Source of the DNA: Candidatus Zhuqueibacterota bacterium
GTDB lineage: Bacteria; Zhuqueibacterota; Zhuqueibacteria; Thermofontimicrobiales; Thermofontimicrobiaceae
Reading direction: 5' to 3'
DNA: 64,000 nt
Assembly: GCA_049322915.1 (NCBI GenBank)
Contig: JBMOPW010000014.1
Coordinates: 669,527 to 733,526, forward strand
Shown here: piece by piece, positions 46,698 through 56,693 of the stretch
How positions within the stretch are numbered: the first letter of the stretch is position 1
Layout: each line of letters opens with the position of its first letter
Notes under the pieces: model-generated
The model's database searches: none
What the model saw: only the letters and a program-made list of their open reading frames with translations
Told to the model about the DNA's origin: nothing
Program-made: the position numbers and the translations under genes

Positions 46698-47654
46698 ATG
46701 AGCTACGATAAAAAAAATACTAAAATACTTGTAACAGGGGGAGCTGGATTTATTGGTTCGCATTTGACAAAAGAACTCGTGAAATTAGGTTATCAGGTTA
46801 GGGTTTTGGACAATTTATCTAGAAATGTAAATCACGTATCAGATTTAATAGAGCAAAAAAAGATTGAGTTTATAAAAGGAGATATTCGTGAAAAAATGCA
46901 TGTTTTACAAGCTGTAAAAGGAGTTGATTATATTTTTCATGAGGCAGCAGTCTGTTTAAATCGATGCAAGGCATTTCCAAAGGAAGCAATGGAGGTGAAT
47001 TTAGAGGGGTCATATAATGTTTTCGGGGCTGCAATACATGAAAATATTAAGAAAATCATCTATGCTTCAACTTCAAGTGTATATGGACAACCTGATTATC
47101 TTCCAATGGATGAGAATCATCCCACGAATGCTAAAGAACCTTATGGTGCGACAAAACTTTGCGCTGATAAATTTATGGATTTTTTATCAAATAAACATGG
47201 ATTGAAGTTTGTATGCTTAAGATATTTTAATGTTTATGGTACGTATCAAAGCACGGATGCATATTATACCTCAGTTATAAACATTTTTATAAAAAGAATT
47301 TTGAATGGTGCTTCTCCCGTAATAAATGGAAAGGGAGAACAATCACTTGATTTTACACATGTTTCTGACGTAGTAAAAGCTAACATTGCAGCTTTGGAAA
47401 GCGATGTCACTAATGAAATATTTAATGTCGGATATGGTGAGGAACATTCGCTGAAAGAGCTTGCAGAAATTATTCTAAGGCTATTAAAATCTAATCTTAA
47501 ACCAGAGTTCGCTGATCGAGATGTTCTAGTATCAAAACGTAGATGTGATAATTCTAAATTAAAGAAAATGTTAGGTGTGGAGTGTAAAATTAATTTGGAA
47601 GAAGGACTTAAAGAACTAGTTGAACATGTAAAAAAATATCCTGAGATATATTGA
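46698..47654 (+). CDS. NAD-dependent nucleotide-sugar epimerase/dehydratase
   Basis: TGGAGFIG, YGATK and LRYFNVYG motifs. Confidence 0.9.
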   Translation: MSYDKKNTKILVTGGAGFIGSHLTKELVKLGYQVRVLDNLSRNVNHVSDLIEQKKIEFIKGDIREKMHVLQAVKGVDYIFHEAAVCLNRCKAFPKEAMEVNLEGSYNVFGAAIHENIKKIIYASTSSVYGQPDYLPMDENHPTNAKEPYGATKLCADKFMDFLSNKHGLKFVCLRYFNVYGTYQSTDAYYTSVINIFIKRILNGASPVINGKGEQSLDFTHVSDVVKANIAALESDVTNEIFNVGYGEEHSLKELAEIILRLLKSNLKPEFADRDVLVSKRRCDNSKLKKMLGVECKINLEEGLKELVEHVKKYPEIY

Positions 47655-47655
47655 A

Positions 47656-48300
47656 ATGAATATAACTGAATTGGAATCATTATTAAAGGAGCTCAGATAC
47701 CATCTATTTGAAAAACAAAAATCTGAGTGGGAAAGGTCATTAAGTTTTGAAGATGAATTGTTTGATAGATGGGAACGGGCAAATTTTCTTGGATTTGGGG
47801 AGAAAACTAGTATCTATCAAAGTTCCTTGGTTTATGGTGATGTAAAAGTAGGGAAAAATACATGGATCGGGCCATATACAATACTTGATGGATCAGGAGG
47901 TCTTGAAATTGGAAATAATTGTAGTATTAGCTCAGGGGTTCAGATTTATACTCATGATACAGTAGAAAAACGAGTTTCAAATGGTTTTTCGGAAGTTATC
48001 AGGGAAAAAACTACGATTGGTAATTCTTGCTATATCGGGCCGTTGTCGGTTATTCGAAAGGGGATTAAGATTAATAACAATTCAGTTGTAAGCGCATTAT
48101 CTTATGTAAATAAAGAGGTGCCATCATACACAGTCGTTGCAGGTACTCCTGCAAAAGTAATTGGTAAAATAAAACTAAATAAAGCTAAAGATGTAACGTT
48201 TATATTTGATAAAGAGCATGATCAAATGAGGTCTATGCAAGTTGAGATAATTAGGTTAAAAAAGAGATTATTACACTTGGAGAAGCAACTTGAAAAATAA
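47656..48300 (+). CDS. Hexapeptide-repeat acyltransferase
   Basis: Left-handed beta-helix repeats and VAGTPAKVI. Confidence 0.85.
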   Translation: MNITELESLLKELRYHLFEKQKSEWERSLSFEDELFDRWERANFLGFGEKTSIYQSSLVYGDVKVGKNTWIGPYTILDGSGGLEIGNNCSISSGVQIYTHDTVEKRVSNGFSEVIREKTTIGNSCYIGPLSVIRKGIKINNNSVVSALSYVNKEVPSYTVVAGTPAKVIGKIKLNKAKDVTFIFDKEHDQMRSMQVEIIRLKKRLLHLEKQLEK

Positions 48301-49402
48301 AACAATTAAATTAATGAAGCCAAATGTAGGCGATTTAGAGTTAAAGTTAGTTAAGGAAGTTATTAAATCCGGTAATCTGGTTGAAGGAAAGATGGTTCGG
48401 GAGTTTGAAGATACTGTTAAATCTTTCATTGGAGTGGAATATGCTATCGCATGTACTTCAGCAACAACAGGTCTTGAACTGACCTTGAGAGCATTGAAGA
48501 TTGGCGTAGGTGATGAGGTTATCGTTCCTGATTTCACACATCCAGCTTCTGCGTTAGTTGTACAAACCGTTGGAGCTTCTCCTATTATTATTGATGTAGA
48601 TATCGAATCTTATAATACAACAGCTTCAATGATTGAGGAAGCGATAACTGAAAATACAAAAGCAATCATGCCTGTTTCAATTTTTGGGAATCCACTTGAT
48701 ATGGATCCGATAATGGTTCTCGGGGATAAGTATGGAATTCCTATAGTTGAGGATGCTGCCTGTAGTCTTGGTTCAATATATAAAGGAAAAAAAGTTGGTG
48801 CTATGGCTGACATGACAGTCTTTAGTTTCCATCCGAGAAAAGTTTTTACAACGGGTGATGGAGGTTTAATTGTTACTAACAATGAAGATTATGCAAATTT
48901 AATTGTATCTATGAAAAAATTTGGAGTTGGTGTTTTAAATGGGAAATCCACTTTTGTAAGATGGGGAACGAATTATAGAATGAGCGATATCTTGGGAGCA
49001 GTTGCTTTAGCTCAATCAAAAAGAATTGAACAGATTGTGAAAAGTAGAATTCAGAAAGCTAAAATATACAATAACCTTTTGAATAGTATAGATGAGATTG
49101 TAGTACCAAAGATCGAAGAACACTCGACAAGTAATTTTCAGACTTATGCAATATTACTGAAAACAGATAACAGAGATCTTCTTTTGAATGAAATGAGAAA
49201 AAGAGGAATCGAAGTGCAAATTGGTACCTACGCATTGCACTTATTGCCTGTCTTTTATGGCATCACAAAATTTGGGAATATGAAAAATTCTGAATTACTG
49301 TATAATAATCTTTTAGCTTTACCCATTCATGCTTCCTTAACTGAAAACGAGCAGCATAGAGTAGTAGATTGTATTAAAGAATTGCTTGGTGAATACAAAT
49401 AA
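48290..49402 (+). CDS. DegT/DnrJ/EryC1/StrS sugar aminotransferase
   Basis: GDEVIVP, EDAACSLG, FSFHPRKVFTTGDGG and NYRMSD motifs. Confidence 0.93.
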   Translation: MKNKTIKLMKPNVGDLELKLVKEVIKSGNLVEGKMVREFEDTVKSFIGVEYAIACTSATTGLELTLRALKIGVGDEVIVPDFTHPASALVVQTVGASPIIIDVDIESYNTTASMIEEAITENTKAIMPVSIFGNPLDMDPIMVLGDKYGIPIVEDAACSLGSIYKGKKVGAMADMTVFSFHPRKVFTTGDGGLIVTNNEDYANLIVSMKKFGVGVLNGKSTFVRWGTNYRMSDILGAVALAQSKRIEQIVKSRIQKAKIYNNLLNSIDEIVVPKIEEHSTSNFQTYAILLKTDNRDLLLNEMRKRGIEVQIGTYALHLLPVFYGITKFGNMKNSELLYNNLLALPIHASLTENEQHRVVDCIKELLGEYK

Positions 49403-50577
49403 TGAATATTTTAATTTTAACAAATATGTTCCCGCCAATAAGAACTGGTTCTTCACATTATGCAGCAGATTTGGCAAAAGTACTATTTGAAAGTGGAAAT
49501 AAGGTTATTGTCGTCACTGTAAAATTGAAAAACTATGATCCAAAAGTAGACGCAAAATTCCCCTTCGATGTTTATAGATTGCCAAATATTCATCTTAAAT
49601 TTAAAGCTCTTTTTGATTTTTTCACCGTCACATCAATTAATCTATTTAATTATATCCGAGTATACCGTCTTATTCGTAGGAATCAAATTCAGGTAATTCA
49701 CCAGGTAAGTCACTATTTGGATACTGCAATATTAGCAAGAATTATTAGCATGATTTGCCGAATACCTTTTGTAGTTTCAATTCATACTCAATTAGATTTT
49801 GAAAAAAAAATTTATAAAAGCATTTTAAATTTTATTGATCGGATTATATGTGGAGAGTTTATTCTCAGAAATTCTGAGAAAATAATATCGCTGGATAATG
49901 AAATCATACGATATATTAACAATACATATCGTGAAAAAGGTATCGATAATAAGTGTGTAATCGTTCCACATGGTATTGAAATAAATAATCATCATTTTGC
50001 AATTAAAAAAAATTATCAACTTTCCAATTTAATTGTTTCAGTTGGTCATGTGATTAACCTCCGAAATAGACTTGATCTTATTCGGGCAATGAAAATAATC
50101 AAGAAAGAATTTAAAGAAATAAAACTTGAAATAATTGGAAGAATTTACTATTTAAAAACACAAGAATTAATCGACGAACTAAACTTAAATGATTATGTGA
50201 TTTTGAGAGGGGAATTATCACATGAAGAAACTTTGAAAAGATTGATGACTGCTGATATGAACGCAGTTTGGATTACAGGCCAATATGTTGGAATGGGGAC
50301 AGCTATTTCAGAATCAATGTTGTGCGGAATCCCAGTGGTTAATAATTCTCCTGAAGAGTTGTTGGGAACTGATAAATTGAAAAATTTTGAAAATATAGTT
50401 TTAGTGAATAACAACAGCATTGATGATATTGCAGAGAAAATTATTTGGCTATTAAAAAATGATGAAAGAAGAGAACAAATTGGTAAAGCAGGACGAGATT
50501 TTATTCTTGAACATATGGATATAAAGAAAACAAAGGATATGCTACTAGATATTTATTCTTCGGTACAGAGAAATTGA
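49402..50577 (+). CDS. Glycosyltransferase, GT4-like
   Basis: MNILILTNMFPP start, VPHG, ESMLCGIPVV GT-B C-terminal motif. Confidence 0.8.
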   Translation: MNILILTNMFPPIRTGSSHYAADLAKVLFESGNKVIVVTVKLKNYDPKVDAKFPFDVYRLPNIHLKFKALFDFFTVTSINLFNYIRVYRLIRRNQIQVIHQVSHYLDTAILARIISMICRIPFVVSIHTQLDFEKKIYKSILNFIDRIICGEFILRNSEKIISLDNEIIRYINNTYREKGIDNKCVIVPHGIEINNHHFAIKKNYQLSNLIVSVGHVINLRNRLDLIRAMKIIKKEFKEIKLEIIGRIYYLKTQELIDELNLNDYVILRGELSHEETLKRLMTADMNAVWITGQYVGMGTAISESMLCGIPVVNNSPEELLGTDKLKNFENIVLVNNNSIDDIAEKIIWLLKNDERREQIGKAGRDFILEHMDIKKTKDMLLDIYSSVQRN

Positions 50578-50663
50578 TTTAGGAAAAAATTATTCCAGCT
50601 TCTTAGACGAAAAAAGTTAAATTAAGACAATAAAGATTTGATTTATTGAAGGAATGATGATGT

Positions 50664-52706
50664 ATGTGTGGAATATTTGGATTTTGTTTTAATGAGAAGG
50701 CGACTATTCAGTCAGCGACTTCAAAGCAAATAGCCAGAGAACTTTATAAGTTATCGGAATCACGAGGAAAAGAAGCAGCCGGATTTGCAGCTTTGGGGGA
50801 TGGTATTATCAATGTATATAAAAGTCCAAACCCTGCTTCAAAACTAATTCGAACAAATATTTATAAAAATACTGTTGAAAAGTTTTTAGAGCTGAATGGT
50901 CCAATAAAACAAAATGGTGGTAAGTGCCTCATTGGTCATTCTAGGTTAGTGACAAATGGATTTGAACAGTTTAACGATAATAATCAACCTGTAATTAAGA
51001 GTAATATTGTTGGTATCCATAATGGAATAGTTGTGAATGTCGAAAGCTTATGGGAAAAATACAAAGAAGAAAAACGTAATTCACAAATAGATACAGAAGT
51101 AATCCTGACATTAATGAGAAGATTCTACAGTAACAACAACACTTTAAAAACTGCTTTAAAACAAACATTCATTGAAATTTACGGTATGGCCTCAATAGCG
51201 CTAATGTTTAATGAGCTGAATAATTTATTATTAGCAACAAACAATGGATCTCTTTATTATTTAATTTCAGAAAATAAAGAATGTTTTATTTTTGCATCGG
51301 AAATTTTTATTCTCAGAACACTAATTTTTCGTAACTCTTTGAAAAAATATTTCGATTCTGAAAAAATTGTGCAATTAAAGCCTTGGAAAGCATGTCTAGT
51401 TGACCTTGATAATGTAGAGGTTGATGAGGTTGATTTAATGGACTCTTCTAATATTGAAGAGGAATTTTGTACAATTAATTATTGTTCAAAAAATTATGAG
51501 ATTATAAATTTATCCGATCAAAATGTAGATGCAAATAAAATAGATAACTTACAAGAGTTAAACTTATATATTCCAACAGAATTAGCAATCCATTTTTCGA
51601 ATATAGAAAAAAAAATAGAAACATTAAAAAGATGTTCAAAATGCCTGCTTCCAGAAACATTTCCTTTTATTGAATTTAATGAACATGGAGTATGTAATTA
51701 TTGTTTAAATTATAAAACGATTGGGCATAAAGGAAAAGATAAATTATTTGAAGATATCGAAAAAATTAGAAGTAAAGATGGTAGCCCAGATTGCCTTGTT
51801 ACTTTTAGTGGTGGTCGTGACAGTAGCTATGGCTTACATTTCATAAAAAAAGAATTGAATATGAACCCACTAGCTTACTCATATGATTGGGGTATGATAA
51901 CAGATTTAGCCAGAAGAAATCAGTCAAGGTTGTGTGGAAAATTAGGCATTGAACACATCTTAGTTTCAGCAGATATTAGAAAAAAAAGGTCCAATATTAA
52001 AAAAAATGTGTTAGCTTGGTTAAAACGACCAAAATTAGGCACGGTCACCCTATTTATGGCTGGAGATAAACAATATTTTTATTATGCCAATAAATTAGCC
52101 CAACAAAATGATTTAAAGTTAATAATATTATGTTCTAATCTATTAGAAATAACAAACTTTAAAAATGGATTTTGTGGGATTAAGCCATCATTTATGGAAA
52201 CTCATGGTTATTCATTATCCTCTTTGAGTAAGTTGAAATTAATTTCATTTTTTGGGAAAGAATGTCTATTGAACCCCCTGTTCTTAAACGCTTCAATATT
52301 TGATACGCTAGGAGCATATCTCTCGTATTATTTTGTTTCACATGATTTCTTAAATATTTATGAATATATAAAATGGGATGAAGAAATTATTGAATCGACT
52401 TTGATCGATGAATACGATTGGGAAATTGCATATGATACAAAGTCCACTTGGAGAATTGGAGATGGAACAGCATCGTTTTATAACTACATCTACTATGTTG
52501 TATCAGGTTTTACTGAGAATGACACATTTCGTAGTAATCAAATTCGAGAGGGCATAATTTCTAGGAACAAAGCTATGGCAACTATTTCTACTGAAAATAA
52601 ACCCAGATTTGACAGTATTAAATGGTATTGTAAAACAATAGGTATTGATTTTGAGAGAACTCTAAGGGTCATCAATTCTATTCCAACTCTTTATAATAGG
52701 GGCTAA
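50664..52706 (+). CDS. Fusion of class II glutamine amidotransferase and N-acetyl-sugar amidotransferase (WbpG-like PP-loop)
   Basis: GATase: MCGIFG, GHSRL, HNG, DTE. Synthetase: CSKC..CNYC, SGGRDSSY. Confidence 0.8.
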   Translation: MCGIFGFCFNEKATIQSATSKQIARELYKLSESRGKEAAGFAALGDGIINVYKSPNPASKLIRTNIYKNTVEKFLELNGPIKQNGGKCLIGHSRLVTNGFEQFNDNNQPVIKSNIVGIHNGIVVNVESLWEKYKEEKRNSQIDTEVILTLMRRFYSNNNTLKTALKQTFIEIYGMASIALMFNELNNLLLATNNGSLYYLISENKECFIFASEIFILRTLIFRNSLKKYFDSEKIVQLKPWKACLVDLDNVEVDEVDLMDSSNIEEEFCTINYCSKNYEIINLSDQNVDANKIDNLQELNLYIPTELAIHFSNIEKKIETLKRCSKCLLPETFPFIEFNEHGVCNYCLNYKTIGHKGKDKLFEDIEKIRSKDGSPDCLVTFSGGRDSSYGLHFIKKELNMNPLAYSYDWGMITDLARRNQSRLCGKLGIEHILVSADIRKKRSNIKKNVLAWLKRPKLGTVTLFMAGDKQYFYYANKLAQQNDLKLIILCSNLLEITNFKNGFCGIKPSFMETHGYSLSSLSKLKLISFFGKECLLNPLFLNASIFDTLGAYLSYYFVSHDFLNIYEYIKWDEEIIESTLIDEYDWEIAYDTKSTWRIGDGTASFYNYIYYVVSGFTENDTFRSNQIREGIISRNKAMATISTENKPRFDSIKWYCKTIGIDFERTLRVINSIPTLYNRG

Positions 52707-52707
52707 T

Positions 52708-54093
52708 ATGATCGGAAGAGAAGTTATTAGAAAATCCACAATTCCTAGTAAATCAACAATTTATGCTGGCTGGAAATTATCCATGATACATTTGATGCTT
52801 GATAAGCTATTAAAAAAAATGGAAGTTTCCTATAAATTTTTCTCTGACTTGAGTTGGAATGTAATAAGTTTTGGAGTTATGGGTGTTACTGGGATATTAT
52901 TGAATATTATAATTGCAAAAATGTACAACACTGAAATATTAGGCGTTTTCAATCAGTTATATGCAATATATATATTATTATCTCAACTTGCTGTTGCTGG
53001 TATTCATTTGTCAATTTTAAAAAATGTTTCACAGTATTCTGAAAAACCAGATGGAAATATTAGAGAAATATTTTCTTCTGCAATTTACTTAGTAGGTTTA
53101 CTTTCGGTATTAGTGATACTATCTGCATTTTTTTCTCACTCACTTTGGATAGATATTTTTAAAAGTAGCGGAGTAAAAACCGGATTTATATACATGTTGC
53201 CAGGGTTGTTTTTTTTTTCAATTAACAAGACTTATTTAGCTTATCATAATGCTTATCGTCGTATGAAAGCATATGCAGTGTTTCAGTCGTTAAGATATAT
53301 ATTGTTAATGATATTTTTAATTCTATTTATTATTTTATTAGTTGATGGAAATAAAGTAGTTGCAATATTTACACTTTCGGAAATAGTTTTAAGTGTGATA
53401 TTATTACTATATTCGCTTAAATATATCAAATTTTCTGTATCGAGAAAAGTTATATTCTGGGCCAAGGAACACTTGCGTTTTGGTACAAGAGCTATTGTTG
53501 GATATGTCTTGGCAGATGTGAATACACGAATTGATGTTCTTATGTTAGGTGTTTTTGCATCTGATAAAATCGTTGGAATTTATAGTTTTGCAGCGATTTT
53601 AGCCGATGGATTCAACCAATTACCTATTATTATTCGAACGAATGTGAATCCTATTATTACAAGATATCGTTTTTCAAAAAGTATTGCAGAATTAGAAAAT
53701 GCAATTTCTAGAGGTAAAAAACTTACTTATAAATTTTTAATTCCTATTGGAATCCTAGCATTGTTGAGCTATCCATTAATTCTTTATATTTTCCGTTTTA
53801 GAACAGAATTTTCAATATTATTTAATAGCTGGGGAATATTTTCTATATTAATAGCTGGGTGTATGATTAGCGCGGGATATCTACCATTTCAAATGATTTT
53901 AAGTCAAATTGGTTGTCCTGGTAAACATACAAAGTATTTGACACTGTTTTTTTTGACAAATTTGATTTTAAATGTGATATTAATTAGCATACTAGGGATG
54001 TATGGAGCCGCTGTGGCAACGGCTTTGGCTTTTATTTCGCAGGTTTTTTACCTGAAGTATTTTGTTAAATCAGCAATTAAATTAAAGATATAA
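52708..54093 (+). CDS. wzx: Wzx-type flippase 1
   Basis: Multi-TM profile with RIDVLMLG...VGIYS and GMYGAAVAT motifs. True start may be slightly downstream. Confidence 0.85.
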   Translation: MIGREVIRKSTIPSKSTIYAGWKLSMIHLMLDKLLKKMEVSYKFFSDLSWNVISFGVMGVTGILLNIIIAKMYNTEILGVFNQLYAIYILLSQLAVAGIHLSILKNVSQYSEKPDGNIREIFSSAIYLVGLLSVLVILSAFFSHSLWIDIFKSSGVKTGFIYMLPGLFFFSINKTYLAYHNAYRRMKAYAVFQSLRYILLMIFLILFIILLVDGNKVVAIFTLSEIVLSVILLLYSLKYIKFSVSRKVIFWAKEHLRFGTRAIVGYVLADVNTRIDVLMLGVFASDKIVGIYSFAAILADGFNQLPIIIRTNVNPIITRYRFSKSIAELENAISRGKKLTYKFLIPIGILALLSYPLILYIFRFRTEFSILFNSWGIFSILIAGCMISAGYLPFQMILSQIGCPGKHTKYLTLFFLTNLILNVILISILGMYGAAVATALAFISQVFYLKYFVKSAIKLKI

Positions 54094-54207
54094 CATAATT
54101 ATTCTCAATATATTGATTAACAATATCTGATAGTTAATAAAAACAAATAACTGCGTTACAAATATGATTCATCATTATTATATCCAAATTATTAAAGCCA
54201 AAATTGA

Positions 54208-55572
54208 ATGAAAACTACCAATTTCCTCAATATCAATATTTTTGGCAGGGAATATTCTCACAAACACAAGCTGTTATTTATTTTTTTTCTTGCATTGATA
54301 CTCAGGTTCAGTTTTTTATTTCTTAGTTATCAAAATTGGAATCCTGCTTTAGGTGATGATGAGCAATACATTTCTTATGCAAAAAATATGATTGACCAAG
54401 GAGTTTTCGTTCCGGAAATCTCAAAATTATTCCGGGGCAGTCATATTGTTGGCCCTGGTTTTCCACTGATTGTTGCAACCATTTTCAGTATTTTCGGAGA
54501 AAATTATTTAATTGTATTTGCAGTAAATGCGATAATTAGTGCTCTTACATGCGTATTAATTTATTTCCTTGGAAAAGAGCTATTCAATGAAAAAATCGCT
54601 TTCTTTTCATCTCTTTGGAGTTGTTTTTATTTATTAAACATTATATATATCCCTAGAGTACTCAAGGAAAGTTGGTTATTTTTTTTGTTTGCCTTAACAA
54701 TTTATCTTTTTATTGTTGAGATTAAAAACAAAATAATTACGTGGAGAATGTTGTTTTTTGCATTTATATATACTTTTCTTATTCACCTGGATGAAAGATT
54801 TTTTTCGTATTTTCCATTATTTGTTCTTGCTTTTATTTTACTAGATTTATCAAGGTGGAAAATAGGTGCTAAAAAGGGACTCATTTTTTCTTTTGTCGTT
54901 TTAATATTTATGATACCATGGACAATTAGAAATTATGAAGTATATGGTAAGATAGTAATACTTACTGTTAGAACATCAATGATTACAGACAGGTTGTTTT
55001 ATATTAAACATCCTATTGAGCAAAACAATAATCGGCTTTCCGTACTATGGCATACGATCACAAATGAGGATTCATTTCGAATAAATGAACACAATAATGC
55101 AGTTCAAGAAGAGCTGGAGAGTAACATTAAAGCAGCAGAGGTTTATGGATTAATTCCTTATAAATATAATTCGTTAAAAAAATTGTACATAGAATTAAAA
55201 GAATTTTGGACACCGATGAGATTTAAACCAGAATTTGTAGAAGATGGCTTTCGTTTTGAAAAGCCTTGGTCTTTGAAACACAACTTAATTTCTGGTGTGT
55301 TATATGGAACATTATTGCCATTTTTTATATTTGGATGTGTTATTCTTATTAAAAAGAAAGATCAATATGGGATATTCATCCTCAGTGTGATCATAATCCA
55401 TACAGCCATCCACCTGTTTTTAGCCTTTGCGCGAAATCGCTATCGAGCGCCAATAGATTCTTTCATCATATTGATTGCTTTTTATGGAATACAACGAATT
55501 CATTTCTTTTTAAAAGGAAAAAGTAAAAATTATCTTTCATGGAGTTTGAAAACAGCAGAACGGTTTCGTTAA
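54208..55572 (+). CDS. GT-C fold membrane glycosyltransferase (ArnT/PMT_2-like)
   Basis: DDEQY..A, PGFPL, KE, PWTIRNY and RYRAP motifs with many TMs. Confidence 0.75.
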   Translation: MKTTNFLNINIFGREYSHKHKLLFIFFLALILRFSFLFLSYQNWNPALGDDEQYISYAKNMIDQGVFVPEISKLFRGSHIVGPGFPLIVATIFSIFGENYLIVFAVNAIISALTCVLIYFLGKELFNEKIAFFSSLWSCFYLLNIIYIPRVLKESWLFFLFALTIYLFIVEIKNKIITWRMLFFAFIYTFLIHLDERFFSYFPLFVLAFILLDLSRWKIGAKKGLIFSFVVLIFMIPWTIRNYEVYGKIVILTVRTSMITDRLFYIKHPIEQNNNRLSVLWHTITNEDSFRINEHNNAVQEELESNIKAAEVYGLIPYKYNSLKKLYIELKEFWTPMRFKPEFVEDGFRFEKPWSLKHNLISGVLYGTLLPFFIFGCVILIKKKDQYGIFILSVIIIHTAIHLFLAFARNRYRAPIDSFIILIAFYGIQRIHFFLKGKSKNYLSWSLKTAERFR

Positions 55573-55620
55573 ATTGAATACCTGAATCAATTCATTTAAT
55601 AACATAGAAATTAATAACTG

Positions 55621-56331
55621 ATGGATGTACTAGCAATTATCCCAGCTAGAAAAGGGTCTAAGACCATTAAAAATAAAAATATTCGCCTAATAAATGGAAA
55701 GCCTTTGTTTGCATTTTCAATCGAGCAGGCTTTAAATTCAAAATTTATTAGTAGAACTATTGTTAGCACAGATAGTCCCAAATACGCAAAACTGGCAGAG
55801 CAATATGGAGCAGAAGTACCATTTTTGCGTCCTGATGAGATTTCCGGTGATTATTCAACAGACTTGGAGGTGTTTCAACATGCTCTTCTCTGGCTTCGGG
55901 AGAACGAAAACTATGTACCAGAGATTTGCGTCCATCTGCGACCAACCCATCCAATTCGATCTGTTGTTGATATCGATAATATGATTCAGATTTTAATTAA
56001 TAATTCAAAAATTGATGCAGTACGGAGTGTTGTACCCGTTCTTCACACTCCGTATAAAATGTGGTTCAGAAATGATGATGGGCTTATAAACCCGATTTTA
56101 AAATGTGAGGTAGCCGAGGCATACAATGCACCGAGACAGTCTTTACCAGATGTATATTTGCAGAACGCAAATATTGATGTAGTTCGAACTGATGTCATTT
56201 TACATAAAAATTCTATGACCGGAGATACTATTTATGGCTATGTCATGGATCGAATATTTGATATAGATACAATGGATGATTTGTATGAAGCAAGAAGATA
56301 TTATAAATCAAGAGGAAAAATAAATGAGTAA
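55621..56331 (+). CDS. neuA: Acylneuraminate (nonulosonate) cytidylyltransferase
   Basis: IIPARKGSK..KNI, VSTD, LRPTHP, RQ and DIDT motifs. Confidence 0.9.
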   Translation: MDVLAIIPARKGSKTIKNKNIRLINGKPLFAFSIEQALNSKFISRTIVSTDSPKYAKLAEQYGAEVPFLRPDEISGDYSTDLEVFQHALLWLRENENYVPEICVHLRPTHPIRSVVDIDNMIQILINNSKIDAVRSVVPVLHTPYKMWFRNDDGLINPILKCEVAEAYNAPRQSLPDVYLQNANIDVVRTDVILHKNSMTGDTIYGYVMDRIFDIDTMDDLYEARRYYKSRGKINE

Positions 56332-56635
56332 AACTTTTTGTTTTGATATCGACGGTGTTATTATGACTTTGGTTCCTAATAATGATTATCGTAAAGCCGA
56401 ACCATTGCAAGAAAATATTCAAGTGATTAACAAACTTTATGATAGTGGTCATTATATCATTTTAAATACAGCGAGGGGATATGTCACAAAAATCGATTGG
56501 ATAGATTTAACTAAAAAACAATTAGAAATGTTTCAAGTAAAATATCATGAACTTCATTTTGGAAAACCTGCAGCAGATTTTTATATTGATGACAAAATGA
56601 CGACAATAGATATAATAAATAAAGATTTTTTGTAG
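56324..56635 (+). CDS. Small HAD-superfamily phosphatase
   Basis: FDIDGV, TARG and GKP.ADFYIDDK motifs. Confidence 0.85.
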   Translation: MSKTFCFDIDGVIMTLVPNNDYRKAEPLQENIQVINKLYDSGHYIILNTARGYVTKIDWIDLTKKQLEMFQVKYHELHFGKPAADFYIDDKMTTIDIINKDFL

Positions 56636-56693
56636 AATTTTTTATTTAACTATTTTAATTCAAAAGAATTAAGATTATTTTATGAGGTGGGCT

